64,000 nt of DNA from Flaccisagitta enflata (Eukaryota). The translations under genes were made by a program, and so were the position numbers. Positions 61,402 to 64,000 of this stretch are shown here, one piece after another. The DNA lies in the NCBI GenBank assembly GCA_965153355.1, contig OZ231126.1, positions 10,354,001 through 10,418,000 of the forward strand, given 5' to 3'. The stretch's first letter is position 1; each line of letters opens with the position of its first letter. Under the pieces are notes generated by a model, which saw only the letters and a program-made list of their open reading frames with translations, ran no database searches and was not told where the DNA came from.

Positions 61402-64000
61402 ACATGGATACAACTAGGATCATCACAAGAACGCAGTTCTTGGTAGATTGTTCAGTTCTCCGAAGAAACGCATGTTCTCATGGGAGATTTTCTTCTTTGG
61501 ACTTGCTCTTTATCTTCCCCTCCTCAGTACATCTTGTAGGATTTTCTTGGATCCCAGGAGACAAATTTTCTGGCACATAAATCGGTCCGGGCTGCCTGGG
61601 ATTTTAGACAGTTCATCCCCCAGGTTCTTGGTAACAGCTCCCAGTCCACCTACGATAATAGGGACTGTTTTGGCGTCCAGACCCCACATTTTCTCCAGCT
61701 CGACCCTTAACCCCATATATTTTGCAACTTTTTCCCGTTCCTTTTTTCCCACATTGGTGTCGACTGGACAAGCCACATCAATTATAAGTGCTTTCTTTAG
61801 TACTTTATCCTTTATGACAATATCTGGGCGGTTAGCTCCAATAGGCCGTGAGGTTGTTAGCACTTGGTCATAGATTATTTCAACATGATCATTCCTGACA
61901 ACATCGGCGGGTTCATGATTGTACAAATTTTCGCCGATATCAAACTGGTAATGCTGCATGATCTTGTAGTGGAGGTATTTGCAAATGTTGTTGTGGCGCG
62001 TGAAATATTCTCTTTTTGCAAGAACATCACATGCCCCTAAAATGTGGAAGATAGACTCTGGATCTTTTCTACACACCCGGCAGACATCATCACAGCTGTT
62101 CTTTAGGATATGTTTTTCATGGTACTTTGTTATGACTGCCAACTCTTGGGCTCCACAGATATAACTCTCAGTATGAGGGTCTAAGTGGCACTTTTTTAGC
62201 CATTCAAATGATTGTTTCGAGTCTGCCTCACTATCAACCAGCAAGCGGGCATAAGCGCCATGTAGTGGTTTTGCAATATAGGTATTGGCCCGGTTTTTGG
62301 CTATTGCATCCTTGACTAATTTGGCTTTTGCTCTTGCTTGGGCCATAATTGGTTTCTCCAGGAAGTTCTCCGGCAGCGTAATATCCAATTTGGTTTCGTA
62401 CTTTTTAGCACGGGTTGCGTTAGAGAATAGGCAGCCTTTCTCAATAGCTAGGCATTGTTTCAGGATGGGGTTGTCAGTATGTTCAAATGCATGGGAGATT
62501 CGGCTTGTTGTGGACTGGAACGAATCCCATACAGATATAAGGCCACGCCCACCTTTTTCTCTTGTTAGATACAGGCGGTCGATGTCACTCATAAGCTCGA
62601 ATGCCCGGTACATGTGCAACATTTTGCGTGTCATTGTATCGTACCCCTTTAGCTCCTCTTCAGTCCAATGGACCACACCGAAAGAGTAAGATATGAGTGG
62701 TAATATACATTCGTTTATTGCCTGGAAGAGGTTTCTCGCATTGAGCTCAGTTTCCAAAAGTTTCCTCAGCTTTGCCTTAACTTGTTTGCATACTTTGTTC
62801 TTGACATCAGTATGCTTGATTACCTCCAGTTCTTCGATCCCCAGATATTTGTATGCTTCATCAGCGTTTACTTCTTCCATCATGCCGCCTGAAAGTAATT
62901 TAATACCCCCCATTTTCTGGTACTTCCCCTTGACAACATTTATGCATTTGCATTTTGATAAGCCAAATTCCATACCAATATCGTGGCTCATGGATTCGAT
63001 CAAGTTGGCCAGTTTACACATATTTTCATAGCTGTCTGTAAACCCTTTTAAGTCGTCCATGTGCCAAAGATGCGAGACATAGGTGTCACCAATCTTGTAT
63101 CCATTACTTCGCCTATTTATAATCAGGCTCAACGGGTTGAGGGCAATAATAAAGATTAGGGGGGAGAGAGAATCTCCTTGGAAGATTCCCCTCAAAAATC
63201 TCACTTTTTCAACAGTTATACAGCCGCCTTCATAGTACAGTGAGAGGTCGACGATCCAGAGGTCGACGATCCACAGCTGCATAGAGTAGCATATAAAATT
63301 AATGATGGTCGGGCAGATCCTGTATACTGTAAGAGATTCCTTTATCCACTCGTGAGGCACAGAATCATATGCCTTAGCATAGTCTATATATAACATATGT
63401 AAATTCCTTCGCCGTTTGGCAGCATCCAACAGTATATTCTTGTTGATGAGCAGCTCTTGGTCCCGTATGACTTTTTGATTGCTCCTTGCTGTTCTATAGC
63501 CAGCATTTTATTAGTTTCCATGAATTTGGCAATCTTATCACCCAAAATCCCAGTGAGGCATTTCCATAAGGTGGTCAGGCACGTTATTGGCCTATATTGT
63601 AAGGCATCTGATGTCTTATCACTTTTGGGTAACAGTGTAGTCTTCCCTTTTACCAGCCACCCGGGCATCAGCTCAGGAAATTCAATACAGTTGTTCATTG
63701 CTTTGGCGAGAAAATGGTGAGTAATTGTTATGCTTTTTAGCCAAAAGTTGGGAAGACAGTCGTGGCCAGGTGCTTTCCAATTCATAGTCTTGCCAAGTTG
63801 AGTGCTGATATCATTCTTCACAAGTGGAGTCCACTCCTGCTGACTTACATTACGATATGTTTTTTCAACTTCATCTAGCCAGCTTGGCCTTCCTTTGTAT
63901 TTGTTGGCGTCTCCCCAGATTTTCTTTTCCCAGATTTCTCTTATATCCACCGGTTTTGGCGGGGTTTCAACACGCTGCCCATTTTCAAATATAGAACGGA
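61402..64000 (-). mobile_element. R4/Dong-like non-LTR retrotransposon (RT plus restriction-like endonuclease); 5' end beyond the window
   Basis: KAPGHD, YRPITCL, IDYAKAYDSVPH, GIFQGDSLSP, HMDD, YKYLG, GGRGL, CRVC-x8-H-x4-C knuckle, RHN and RPD..IIDV..P...EKVAKY. Confidence 0.9.
61510..64000 (-). pseudogene. Frameshifted RT-RLE ORF of the retrotransposon
   Basis: Frame break at about 63455 (SYGTK / ELLINKNILLDA) and a 15-bp tandem duplication at 63243-63272 (WIVDLWIVDL). Confidence 0.8.

Overview
Repeat-rich eukaryotic genomic DNA from a protostome invertebrate, probably a spiralian (APGWamide precursor; contactin with a C-type lectin domain). (1) Bases 1-5.5 kb hold the virion/integration module of a Maverick/Polinton (adintovirus-like) endogenous DNA virus. 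All genes are on the minus strand: packaging ATPase, PW-like protein, conserved hypothetical, rve integrase, minor capsid, Arg-rich core protein, then the major capsid protein, which runs off the window. The ATPase is split by three short GT-AG spliceosomal introns. One interrupts the Walker A motif, and one is bounded by a 10-bp direct repeat. (2) At about 30.3-47.7 kb (minus) is a multi-exon APGWamide neuropeptide precursor gene that I assembled by eye. Its largest intron contains a complete, intronless 1286-aa contactin gene on the same strand. The precursor's TGA stop is followed, after splicing, by an in-frame coding-like exon. (3) At about 55-60 kb is an old ~450-bp tandem array in which several elements sit at the equivalent position of different units. 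(4) At 61.4-64 kb is a frameshifted R4/Dong-like non-LTR retrotransposon abutting a GA/TG microsatellite. The rest is microsatellites, minisatellites, MITEs and Helentron-associated (HINE-like) elements. All calls come from reading the sequence and recalling family motifs; no searches were run.
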